From Takakia lepidozioides (taxonomy: Eukaryota; Plantae; Bryophyta), in the NCBI GenBank assembly GCA_030704615.1, contig CM060731.1:69936001-70000000 (forward strand): a stretch of 64,000 nt of DNA. Reading direction: 5' to 3'. A model generated the notes under the pieces. The model ran no database searches, was not told where the DNA came from, and worked only from the letters and a program-made list of their open reading frames with translations. Shown here in pieces: positions 1 through 10,663 of this stretch (position 1 is its first letter; every line of letters begins with the position of its first letter). Position numbers and translations under genes: made by a program.

Positions 1-318
1 GCTACAGAAGTATATATAGGGAGTAGTAACCCCGAGAACGGTGCAAGCCCGTTGGTGACCAAAAACTAGTGAGTAAGCGAGCGAGCCGGAAAGCGACCAA
101 AGAGTGGGGAGCTGTTCCGGACTGCCATCTACCAAAGGGAATTCCCGCTAGTTCCAAATCGGTGGAGGGTTCTTTGGGAGAACAAAGGGGGACCGTTATG
201 CCCCGGTGAGCAGCCGAAGCTCCAAGTTGGCCCGGCGGCCAGGTTGGGAGTCAGGCGCGCGCATCAAAGCGAGTAACTATGACTTGAGGGGGAGCTTACC
301 GAAGTGAGGTGCGCGACA
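1..318 (+). repeat. 3' part of element A 5' LTR (TATATATA at 11-18)
   Basis: Matches 11073-11390 with 7 substitutions in 318 bp by my count; ends in CA just before the PBS. Confidence 0.95.
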
Positions 319-320
319 CT

Positions 321-332
321 TGGTATCAGAGC
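321..332 (+). promoter_or_regulatory. Primer binding site (tRNA-iMet) of element A
   Basis: TGGTATCAGAGC 2 nt after the LTR end. Confidence 0.93.
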
Positions 333-373
333 TTAGAGTTGAGTACGCGATCGTCCTTGGGATTGGCCTCATC

Positions 374-2620
374 ATGGGGTCGGGCAAGCCGAAGCGAAAG
401 CGGAACGGCCCAAAAGATGATGATCCTAGTGAGCCCGATGGGGGCGACGTGTCACCGAGGCGGCCGTTTGAGGAAGCGATGCATGTTTCCGAAAATGAGG
501 CCGCTCAAGAGCGGGAGGAATCCGAGGAGTCGGAGCCCGAGGAATCCTTGAGAGCTCCGACAAACCAAGAGATGCCTCCCATGTCGACAGCCTTTTGGGA
601 AGGGTTGTTGTGCGCAGTTTGGTGGGATGTTGAAAGAAGTGTTGAAGGCGGCTAATGCCACTTCCACTAAGGCAAAGTTTAAGATGAAGCCTAAGGAACC
701 CGGCACCTTCGAGGGCGTCCGAAATTGGAAGGCACTCAACACCTGGCTCCTGGAGCTAGAGCAGTACTTCCGGGCAGCCAAGTTGAGTGACGAGGATCGG
801 GTGGAAGTGGCTCCCACCTATTTGAGGGGCTATGCTCAACAATGGTGGCAGAAACGCCTTCACGACCGAGGTCCAAGCCCGGAAACCTTGAACTGGAGTA
901 GGTTCAAGGAATTGATGAAGAGACAGTTTGTGCCCCTCAACGCGTCCTGGCTTGCCCGGGACAAGATGAGGAATTTGAAGCAAACAGATGACATTCGGGG
1001 GTATGTCCAGGCTTTCAATGTGCTATTGCTCGAAGTCGCGGACATGGCAGAACCAGAAATGGTCTTCAACTTTGTGGCGGGACTGGCCCTATGGGCCAGA
1101 CGGAAGTTGGAGGAGAAGCCACCCAAGACTTTGAACGAGGCAATTGAGAGGGCTGAATGTTTCTCGGATGTCCCTAGGGGTGAGAGACAAGGTCGTACGG
1201 AGCTGAACCACAAGAAGACCCGGCGGGAAGGTGACTCCTTCCGACCGGAAAAGAAGTGGGATAGGCCACGCGGAGACAATGGCACATGGAAATCGAAGGG
1301 AGGTCCTTCACACGTCAAGGCGGCACCCGGTGCTTCAAAAGGAAAAGCGGGTGGAGCGGCTTATGGCGGACAGAAGGCGACCTTTGATGGAGTGTGTTTC
1401 AATCGCGGGGAGCCCGGGCACATGGCCAATAAGTGCACGAAACCTCGACAATTGAACATGACTCGGGCAACCATGGAGCTGTCGAAAGATACCATCAGTC
1501 GCTTGGTGGAAGCGGTGGTCGCCAAGACTTGCAAGGTAGGCAACTATTCTTGTGAGTTGTATCAGGAAACTGGCCCCCTGCGTAAAGGGACTCAGTTATT
1601 GTTCGTGGATGGGATAATATCCGGAACTAACGTGTCGTTGTTGGTGGACACAGGAGCGTCGCACTCCTTCATGACGCCGGCGGCGGCGCGAAAGTTGGGA
1701 CTCCCGACAAGTGACGTGGGGGCCTCTATTGAGGTGCGTTCTGCCAAAGGAGAACCACAGATGGCGACAAGGTTGGCGTTTGATGTTCCTCTTCAACTGG
1801 GGAGTTGGGAGGGATGTGAGAACTTCACCTGCGAGATCGATGGAGTGGATCTCATTTTGGGGATGACCTTTTTGAGCAAATCCGGAGCGGTCATAGATGG
1901 CCGCAAGAGAGTAGTCACGCTGCCATGTGGGAATGGTGGCGAGGTCTTACGAGTGTCGGAAACGCCCAAATCCGTGGGGAGGGCGAATAAACCTTCTGTC
2001 AGCAAAGGAGTGGGCCGTGGAGGAGGCACACGAGCCCCAGTTTTTGCTGTACATTAGAGAAGTGAAAGGAGAAGGCGAAGGGGAGCCGAGCCCAGATTGG
2101 ATCAAGGGGGTTTTGGAGAAATACCAGGATATGATGTCGGAGGATTTACCAAGCGGCTTGCCACCGCAAAGAGGAGTTGACCACAAGATTGAGGTGATAC
2201 CGGGATCGGAACCGCCTGCCAAGGCACCCTACCGGTTGAGCCACAGGGAGTTGGTCGAGCTGAAGACTCAGCTCAAGGATCTAATGTCAAAGGGGTACAT
2301 CCGGCCGAGTAAGTCACCTTACGGAGCCCCGGTGCTATTCGCAGACAAGAAGGTTGGGACGCTGCGGATGTGTGTCGATTACAGGGCTTTGAATAAGGTG
2401 ACTATTAAAAACCGGTACCCTTTGCCAAGGATCGACGATCTTTTCGACCGGTTGGCAGGAGCGAAGTGTTTCAGCCGGATCGACTTGCGCTCCGGCTATC
2501 ATCAAATTCGGGTGGCGGAAGGAGATGAGGAGAAGACCGCGTGCAGGACAAGGTATGGTTCATATGAGTTCTTGGTGATGCATTTTGGGCTCACTAATGC
2601 ACCTGCAACCTTTAGCACGC
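374..2620 (+). pseudogene. gag-protease-RT (N-terminal part) of element A, frameshifted and truncated
   Basis: Retrotransposon gag, zinc knuckle mutated to CFNRGEPGHMANKC, protease [31 protein letters not shown]. Frameshifts near 610 and 1978 relative to copy B. Abrupt junction at 2620. Confidence 0.92.
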
Positions 2621-2683
2621 CCACGATAGGGGCAGCCCCTCATGTGTCCCGACCCCCTGCCCTCAAGGCAAAGGGCCGCGACA
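2620..2683 (-). repeat. 64-bp remnant of element B 3' LTR
   Basis: Reverse complement of the LTR start (10664-10727), fused directly to A's RT codons. Confidence 0.85.
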
Positions 2684-3588
2684 CACACCCCTACCAACAG
2701 GGAGTCGATGTCCTCATCGACTTGTCCATTTTGTAGAAACGAACATCCAAGTTGTGGCGTCCCACATCAAGGAGTTTGTTTCCGTACCATGGCGTCCCAT
2801 GGCAAAAAACCAAACCCCACACTTGACTCTACTCTCCACTAGCTAGTTCGGCCGACTTCCTCCAAGTCCCGGCCAAGGGTGGAGCCTCTCCAGCTCCTCC
2901 CAGTGCACTCTTCTTGGCCTATTTCAAGGCCAAGGAACGATCCTCCCCGAGGATCGAATCGCCTTACTGCAACATCATTGCTTGCGACCGCTCATGATGC
3001 CGCTTTTGGCATCACCTTGAGCAAGGGTTCACCTGGAACCCTCTTTGACTAGGAAGATAACCTTGAACAAACCGTGCGCCCCAATCACTACAATTGGGTC
3101 CGCCTTGGAATGCTGGCCTGAGGTACGGGAACACGCCGAAGCCGCACTACGGCTTCGTCCGAGGCTACACGATTATAGTACGTGAACGGAAGCACGTAGC
3201 TTCCGCGTTAACCCGCACTACAAGGCAACCCCCTCGGTAGCGCAGTTATAGTACGCGCACGCGCCAGATGCGCACTAGCACGTGAACTCCCAAAGAAGGC
3301 GCAAGTTTCCTTGCCCCTTGGATGGGGGTCACCCGATTTTGGCACTACGCAAACACACGATTAACCCAATTTACCTCTCCCACTTTTGTAAGCTAGCATG
3401 CATTCTACACACTAGCCAACCACACCATGCATCACCATTCCAAACAAAATAGGACGCACAAAATTTGGAACCCATTTCCTTTATAACAAATTTTTGTACA
3501 ATACAAGGTTTTGCAATCGGATTCCTAAGCTAGCTAAGCCGGGCTAAGCATGCATTTCCTCCCCCACGCTCCAAGGTTGATGTCCCCA

Positions 3589-6500
3589 TCAACGCTTTTT
3601 CCGCTTTTTAGGTCGCCCTTCGAAAGCTGCAACCGCCTCGGATGCGTTTCCCATTTCTGAGGCACGCACCCAAGATGCCTCCACAAGATGATAGCCCTTC
3701 CATTTGACGAGATACTCCGTTTTTCGGTTCTTGAACCTCCTCGACTTAAGTATTGCCTCCACCTCGTACTCAGGTTCATTTTCATGATCCAACAGCATAG
3801 GTGGCGGACGCAACACTTGATGCCGATTCGGGCGCGCTTCATCTTTGAAGTAAGGCTTCAAAAGGGAGACATGGAATACTGGGTGCACCTTGCTGTTTGC
3901 CGGTAGCTCCAATTCATACACATCCTCATTCATAACCTTCCGAATGCGAAAAGGTCCCGCATACGGAGGTACAAACTTCGGACTCACTTCCGGAGGTAGT
4001 CGGAAATTCTTGATGTTCAACCAGACCTCCGTGCCTGCCTCAAACTTCACTTCCCTCCGCTTCCGATTTGCCTGCCTTTCATACCATTTCCTAGCTTTGG
4101 CAATGTTGTACTTTGTGAGCTTCAACAAACGCTCGCGTTCTTCCAGTACCGCCGCTACTGCCGGTTCCTCAACGTCCTGGGCGGCCCAACTTGTCGGCAC
4201 CAGAGGTGCTTTTCCATAGACCAATACAAAAGGGGAAACTCCTGTTGCGGAGTGTTCTGTGTTATTATAACAGAACTCTGCCGCGTCTAAGTGTTCCACC
4301 CAGTCTGTTTGGTCTGCCGACACGTAATTCCGCAAGATCTGCTTCACTACGGAATTCACTCTTTCTGTTTGGCCGTCGGTTGTAGGTCGGAAGGCGGTGC
4401 TCATCTTCAGCCTCATCCCCATCTTCTTCCAAAGTGCTCTCCAAAATTTACTCGTAAACTTTGGATCGCGGTCCGAGACAATATCCTTCGGGACTCCATG
4501 ATGCTTTAAGACGTGGGCGAAGTAAAGTCGCCCTGTCTCCTGCGCCGTTGCCGTCTCCTTGGTGGGGATGAAATGGCCCATTTTACTGAACCTATCCACC
4601 ACCACCATGATTGCATCGAATCCTTTTGAGAGCGGCATAGCAGTCATGAAATCCATCGAGACGCTTTCCCAAGTTCTCTCTGGAATCGGCAAGGGTTGTA
4701 ACAGCCCCGCTTGCTTTTTGTACTCGCTCCGGTTTTGTTGGCATGTGGTGCATGTCTTGACATACTCCTCTGCCTCCTCCCTCAGTTTGGGTCAGAAATA
4801 CTCTTTCTTCAAGAGTGCCGCTGTGCGCTTGGCTCCGCCGTGGCCCGCAAGCGGGCTATCATGGCATTCTCTCAAGAGGCTATCTCTGATCCCTCCCTTC
4901 GGCACGTAGAGACGCTTTTGCTTATACCGGAGCAACCCATTTTGCAAGTGGAACTGCGATTTAACCCCCATTCTCAAGTCCTGCATCACGGACTTTGCCA
5001 GCTCATCCTTCCGGCAAGCCTTCCGGATCTTCCTTTGGAGCACCGTCTCGCCCTTGTACACCAACAAGAGCTGCTGCTTTCTACTTAAAGCATCGGCCGT
5101 TGTCTCGTCCCGGTTTGTACTGGATATCCACGTCGAATACTGCCAAAGTATCTTGCCACCTAAGTTGTTTTGGGGGCAACTTGGGCTGCATGGCAAAATA
5201 CTTCACCGTGACATTGTCCGTGAACACCTTGCGCCAGAGCTCAAGACAGTGCACCACCGCCCGGGACCGAAGTCGGAGGCTCCCAGTCCAAGATCGCCCT
5301 CACCTTTCTGTCATCCATTTTGATCCCATCCTGTGTAATCACATGCCCCAAGACCTCCACTTTCGTGACCCCGAATTCGCACTTTGAAGCTTTGGCATAC
5401 AGCTTCCCTTCTCGCAACTTTTGGAACACCCTTTTGAGGTGCTCCAGGTGTTCCTCCTTTGTTTTCGAGTACACCAAGATGTCGTCGATGTACACGATCA
5501 CAAAGTCATCCAACCAGTCCTGAAAAAGGCTGTTCATCAGCGTGCTAAAGGTCGCCGGTGCATTAGTGAGCCCAAAAGGCATCACCAAGAACTCATATGA
5601 ACCATACCTTGTCCTGCACGCGGTCTTCTCCTCATCTCCTTCCGCCACCCGAATTTGATGATAGCCGGAGCGCAAGTCGATCCGGCTGAAATACTTCGCT
5701 CCTGCCAACCGATCGAAGAGGTCGTCGATCCTTGGCAAAGGGTACCGGTTTTTGATAGTCACCTTATTCAGAGCCCTGTAATCGACACACATCTGCAGCG
5801 TCCCATCCTTCTTGTCTGCGAATAGCACCGGGGCTCCGTAAGGTGACTTACTCGGCCGGATGTACCCCTTTGACATTAGATCCTTGAGCTGAGTCTTCAG
5901 CTCGACCAACTCCATGTGGCTCAACCGGTAGGGTGCCTTGGCAGGCGGTTCCGATCCCGGTATCACCTCAATCTTGTGGTCAACTCCTCTTCGCGGTGGC
6001 AGGCCGCTTGGTAAATCCTCCGGCATCACATCCTGGTATTTCTCCAAGATCCCCTTGATCCAATCTGGGCTCGGCTCCCCATCGCCTTCTCCCTTCACTT
6101 CTCTAATGTAAAGCAAAAACTGGGGTTCGTGTGCCTCCTCCACGGCCCACACCCTCGCTGACAGAAGGTTTATTCGCCCTCCCACGGATTTGGGCGTTTC
6201 CGACACTCGTAAGACCTCGCCACCATTCTCACATGGCAGCGTGACTACTCTCTTGCGGCCATCTATGACCGCTCCGGATTTGCTCAAAAAGGTCATCCCC
6301 AAAATGAGATCTACTCCATCGATCTCGCAGATGGTGAAGTTCTCACGTCCCTCCCAACTCCCCAGTTGAAGAGGAACATCAAACGCCAACCTTGTTGCCA
6401 ACTGTGGTTCTCCTTGGCAGAACGCACCTCAATAGAGGCCCCCACGTCACTTGTCGGGAGTCCCAGCTTTTGTGCCGTTGCCGGTGTCATGAAGGAGTGC

Positions 6501-7786
6501 GACACTCCTGTGTCCACCAACAACGACACATTAGTTCCGGATATTATCCCATCCACGAACAATAATTGACTCCCTTTTCGTAAGGCGCCAGTTTCCTGAT
6601 ACAACTCACAAGAAAATTTGCCTACCTTGCAAGTCCTGGCGACCACCGCTTCCACCAAGCGACTGATGGTATCTTCCGATAGCTCCGTGGTCGCCCGAGT
6701 CATGTTCAATTGCCGGGGCTTTGTGCACTTCTTGGCCATGTGCCCGGGCTCCCCGCAATTGAAACACACTCCATCAAAGGTCGCCTTCTGTCCGCCATAA
6801 GCCGCTCCACCCGCTTTTCCTTTCGAAGCACCGGGTGCCGCCTTGACGTGTGAAGGCCTTCCCTTCGATTTCCACGTGCCATTGTCGCCGCGTGGCCTAT
6901 CCCACTTCTTTTCCAGTCGGAAGGAGTCACCTTCCCGCCGGGTCTTCTTGTGGTTCAGCTCCGTACGGCCTTGTCTCTCACCCCTAGGGACATCCGAGAA
7001 ACATTCAGCCCTCTCAATTGCCTCGTTCAAAGTCTTGGGTGGCTTCTCCTCCAACTTCCGCCTGGCCCATGGGGCCAGTCCCGCCACAAAGTTGAAGACC
7101 ATTTCTGGTTCTGCCATGTCCGCGACTTCGAGCAATAGCACATTGAAAGCCTGGACATACCCCCGAATGTCATCTGTTTGCTTCAAATTCCTCATCTTGT
7201 CCCGGGCAAGCCAGGACGCGTTGAGGGGCACAAATTGTCTCTTCATCAATTCCTTGAACCCACTCCAGTTCAAGGTTTCCGGGCTTGGGCCTCGGTCGTG
7301 AAGGCATTTCTGCCACCATTGTTGAGCATAGCCCCTCAAATAGGTGGGAGCCACTTCCACCCGATCCTCGTCACTCAACTTGGCCGCCCGAAAGTACTGC
7401 TCTAGCTCCAAGAGCCAGGTGTTGAGTGCCTTCCTATTTCGGACGCCCTCGAAGGTGTCGGGTTCCTTAGGCTTCACCTTAAACTTTGCCTTAGCGGAAG
7501 TGGCATTAGCCGCCTTCAATATGTCTTTCAACGTCCCGCCAAACTGCGCCAACAACCCTTCCCAAAAGGCTGCCGGCATGGGAGGCATCTCTTGGTTTGT
7601 CGGAGCTCTCAAGGATTCCTCGGGCTCCGACTCCTCGGATTCCTCCCGCTCTTGGGCGGCCTCGTTTTCGGAAACATGCATCGCTTCCTCAAACGGCCGC
7701 CTCGGTGACACGCCGCCCCCATCGAGCTCACCGGGATCATCATCTTTTGGGCCGTTCCGCTTTCGCTTCGGCTTGCCCGACCCCAT
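3589..7786 (-). pseudogene. gag-pol of element B (gag CCHC, PR, RT YIDD, partly deleted RNase H, integrase, chromodomain)
   Basis: ORFs 6311-7840, 5241-6401, 4792-5196, 3589-4692. 1-bp deletion near 6412; deletion joining WEPPTSVP to [10 protein letters not shown] near 5260; TGG>TGA at 4792. Chromodomain EYEVEAIL..YLVKWKGY..ASW. Confidence 0.93.
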
Positions 7787-7827
7787 GATGAGGCCAATCC
7801 CAAGGACGATCGCGTACTGAACTCTAA

Positions 7828-7839
7828 GCTCTGATACCA
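7828..7839 (-). promoter_or_regulatory. PBS (tRNA-iMet) of element B
   Basis: GCTCTGATACCA is the reverse complement of TGGTATCAGAGC, adjacent to the LTR. Confidence 0.93.
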
Positions 7840-7841
7840 AG

Positions 7842-8567
7842 TGTCGCGCACCTCACTTCGGTAAGCTCCCCTTCAAGTCATAGTTACTCGCTTTGATGCG
7901 CGCGCCTGACTCCCAACCTGGCCGCCCGGGCCAACTTGGAGCTTCGGCTGCTCACCGGGACATAACGGTCCCCCTTCGCTTCCCACTAAACCCTCAACCT
8001 ATTTGGGACTAGGAGAATTCCCTTTGGTAGATGGCAGTCCGGAACAGCTCCCCACTCTTTGGTCGCTTTCCGGCTCGCTCGCTTACTCACTAGTTTTTGG
8101 TCACCAACGGGCTTGCACCGTTCTCGGGGTTACTACTCCCTATATATACTTCTGTAGCTGTCCGCGGGGGTTTCACAACCAGCCATGCCATTTTATGGCG
8201 AACCACCACGAAAACCCTCGACTCTCGGTGATGAGTCGCGGTGAGTCTTGGCCCGCTCACCACGGCCCCTATGGACCGTGATGAGTCCCAAGACTCCCCA
8301 CGACTCCCACCACGAGGTCTCCGCCCCCATGGTGAGTCCTATGCCACCCCCACTAAGTCCCGCTAAGCTACCACCACCCCTTGTGGAGCCACCCCCACCG
8401 CAACCCGGTGTGCGGGGCTCCACCTAGTGAGCGCCTCCGCTTCCCTGAGTGCCTTGGGCACTCAAGGGTGCTTCAGCCCCCCATACCTATCACTGCCGCT
8501 GCCCCCACCACAGGGGCAGCCCCTCATGTGTCCCGACCCCCTGCCCTCAAGGCAAAGGGCCGCGACA
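7842..8567 (-). repeat. Complete 5' LTR of element B (726 bp)
   Basis: Reverse complement of 10664-11390; 7-bp terminal inverted repeat TGTCGCG/CGCGACA. Confidence 0.95.
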
Positions 8568-9759
8568 TTTCTGGCCCAAACTGAGGGAGGAGGCATAGGA
8601 GTATGTCAAGACATGCACCACATGCCAACAAAACCGGAGCGAGTACAAAAAGCAAGCGGGGCTGTTACAACCCTTGCCGATTCCAAAGGGGACGTGGGAA
8701 AGCGTCTCGATGGATTTCATGACTGCTATGCCGCTCTCAAAAGGATTCGATGCAATCATGGTGGTGGTGGATAGGTGCAGTAAAATGGGCCATTTCATTC
8801 CCACCAAGGAGACGGCAACGGCGCAGGAGACAGGGCGACTTTACTTCGCCCACGTCTTAAAGCATCATGGAGTCCCGAAGGATATTGTCTCGGACCGCGA
8901 TCCAAAGTTTACGAGTAAATTTTGGAGGGCACTTTGGAAGAAGATGGGGACGAGGCTGAAGATGAGCACCGCCTTCCGACCTACGACCGACGGGCAAACA
9001 GAAAGAGTGAATTCCGTAGTGAAGCACGTGTCGGCAGACCAAACAGACTGGGTGGAACACTTAGACGCGGCAGAGTTCTGTTATAATAACACAGAACACT
9101 CCACAACGGGAGTTTCCCCTTTCGTATTGGTCTATGGAAAAGCACCTCTGGTGCCGACAAGTTGGGCCGCCAAGGACGTTGAGGAACCGGCAGTAGCGGC
9201 AGTACTGGAAGAACGCGAGCGGTTGTTGAAGCTCGCAAAGTACAACATTGCCAAAGCTAGGAAACGGTATGAAAGGCAGGCGAATCGGAAGCGGAGGGAA
9301 GCGAAGTTTGAGGCAGGCACAGAGGTCTGATTGAACATCAAGAATTTCCGACTACCTCCGGAAGTGAGTCCAAAGTTCGTACCTCCGTATGCGGGACCCT
9401 TTCGCATTTGGAAGGTTATGAATGAGGATGTGTATGAATTGGAGCTGCTGGCAAACAGCAAGGTGCACCCAGTATTCCATGTCTCCCTTTTGAAGCCTTA
9501 CTTCAAAGATGAAGCGCGTCCGAATCGGCATCAAGTGTTGCGTCCGCCACCTATGCTGTTGGATCATGAAAATGAACCTGAGTACGAGGTGGAGGCAATA
9601 CTTAAGTCGAGGAGGTTCAAGAACCGAAACGAAGTATCTCGTCAAATGGAAGGGCTATCATCATGTGGAGGCTCTTGGGTGCGTGCCTCAGAAATGGGAA
9701 ACGCATCCGAGGCAGTTGCAGCTTTCGAAGGGCGACCTCAAAAGCGGAAGAAGCGTTGA
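8568..9759 (+). pseudogene. Integrase and chromodomain (3' part of element A pol)
   Basis: WESVSMDF, DRDPKFTS, TDGQTERVN, GPY/F motif and chromodomain. Stops at ~8596 and 9328; 15-bp deletion at VVK|HVS; frameshifts in the chromodomain. Confidence 0.92.
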
Positions 9760-10663
9760 TGGGGACATCAACCTTGGAGCATGGGGGAGGAAATGCATGC
9801 TTAGCCCGCCTTAGCTAGCTTAGGAATCCGATTGCAAAAACTTGTATTGTACAAAACGTGCTATAAATGAAATGGCTTCCAAATGTTGTGCGTCCTATTT
9901 TGTTTGGAATGGTGATGCATGGTATGGTTGGCTAGTGTGTAGAATGCATGCTAGCTTATAAAAGTGGGAGAGGTAAATTGGGTTAATCGTGTGTTTGCGT
10001 AGTGCCGAAATCGGGTGACCCCCATCCAAGGGGCAAGGAAACTTGCGCCTTCTTTGGGAGTTCACATGCTAGTGCGCACCTGGCGCGTGCGCGTACTATA
10101 ACTGCGCTACCGAGGGGGTTGTCTTGTAGTGCGGGCTAAAGCGGAAGCTACGTGCTTCCGTTCACGTACTATAATCGTGTAGACTCGGGACGAAGTCGTA
10201 GTGCGGCTTCGGCGTGTTCCCGTACCTCAGGCCAGCATTCCAAGGCGGACCCAATTGTAGTGATTGGGGCGCACGGTTGGTTCAAGGTTATCTTCCTAGT
10301 CAAAGAGGGTTCCAGGGAACCCTTGCTCAAGGTGATGCCAAAAGCGGCATCATGAGCGGTCGCAAGCAATGTTGTTGCAGTAAGGCGATTCGATCCTCGG
10401 GGAGAATCGTTCCTTGGCCTTGAAGTAGGCCAAGAAGAGTGCACTGGGAGGAGCTGGAGAGGCTCCACCCTTGGCCGGGACTTGGAGGAAGTCGGCCGAA
10501 CTAGCTAGTGGAGAGTAGAGTCAAGTGTGGGGTTTGGTTCTTTGCCATGGGACGCCATGGTGCAGAAACAAACTCCTTGATGTGGGACGCCACAACTTGG
10601 ATGTTCGTTTCTACAAAATGGACAAGTCGATGAGGACATCGACTCCCTGTTGGTAGGGGTGTG
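9760..10663 (+). other. ~900-nt hairpin-rich non-coding domain between pol stop and 3' LTR, ending in the PPT (10651-10663); second copy at 2684-3588 (-)
   Basis: Many perfect or near-perfect stems read by eye, e.g. CGGAAGC/GCTTCCG, AGGGTTCC/GGAACCCT, TGATGCC/GGCATCA, CTTGGCCT/AGGCCAAG, GTCGATG/CATCGAC. No credible sense ORF. Confidence 0.75.

Larger units (their letters stand above)
2620..8567 (-). mobile_element. Element B: second copy of the same chromovirus family, inserted antisense into A's integrase
   Basis: 5' LTR 7842-8567 (TGTCGCG..CGCGACA), PBS 7828-7839, gag-pol 7786-3589, 3' domain 2684-3588, 3' LTR remnant 2620-2683. Right flank TTTCTGGCCCAAA resumes A's pol at KEY|FWPKL. Confidence 0.93.

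Noticed and set aside
1927-2057. Programmed gag/pol frameshift
   Set aside because: Copies A and B break frame at different single-base indels (~1978 vs ~6412), so the consensus is one continuous ORF.
8225-8300. Hammerhead ribozyme in the LTR (GTGATGAG motifs)
   Set aside because: Core reads GUGAUGA rather than CUGAUGA, and no properly placed GAAA and stems were found.
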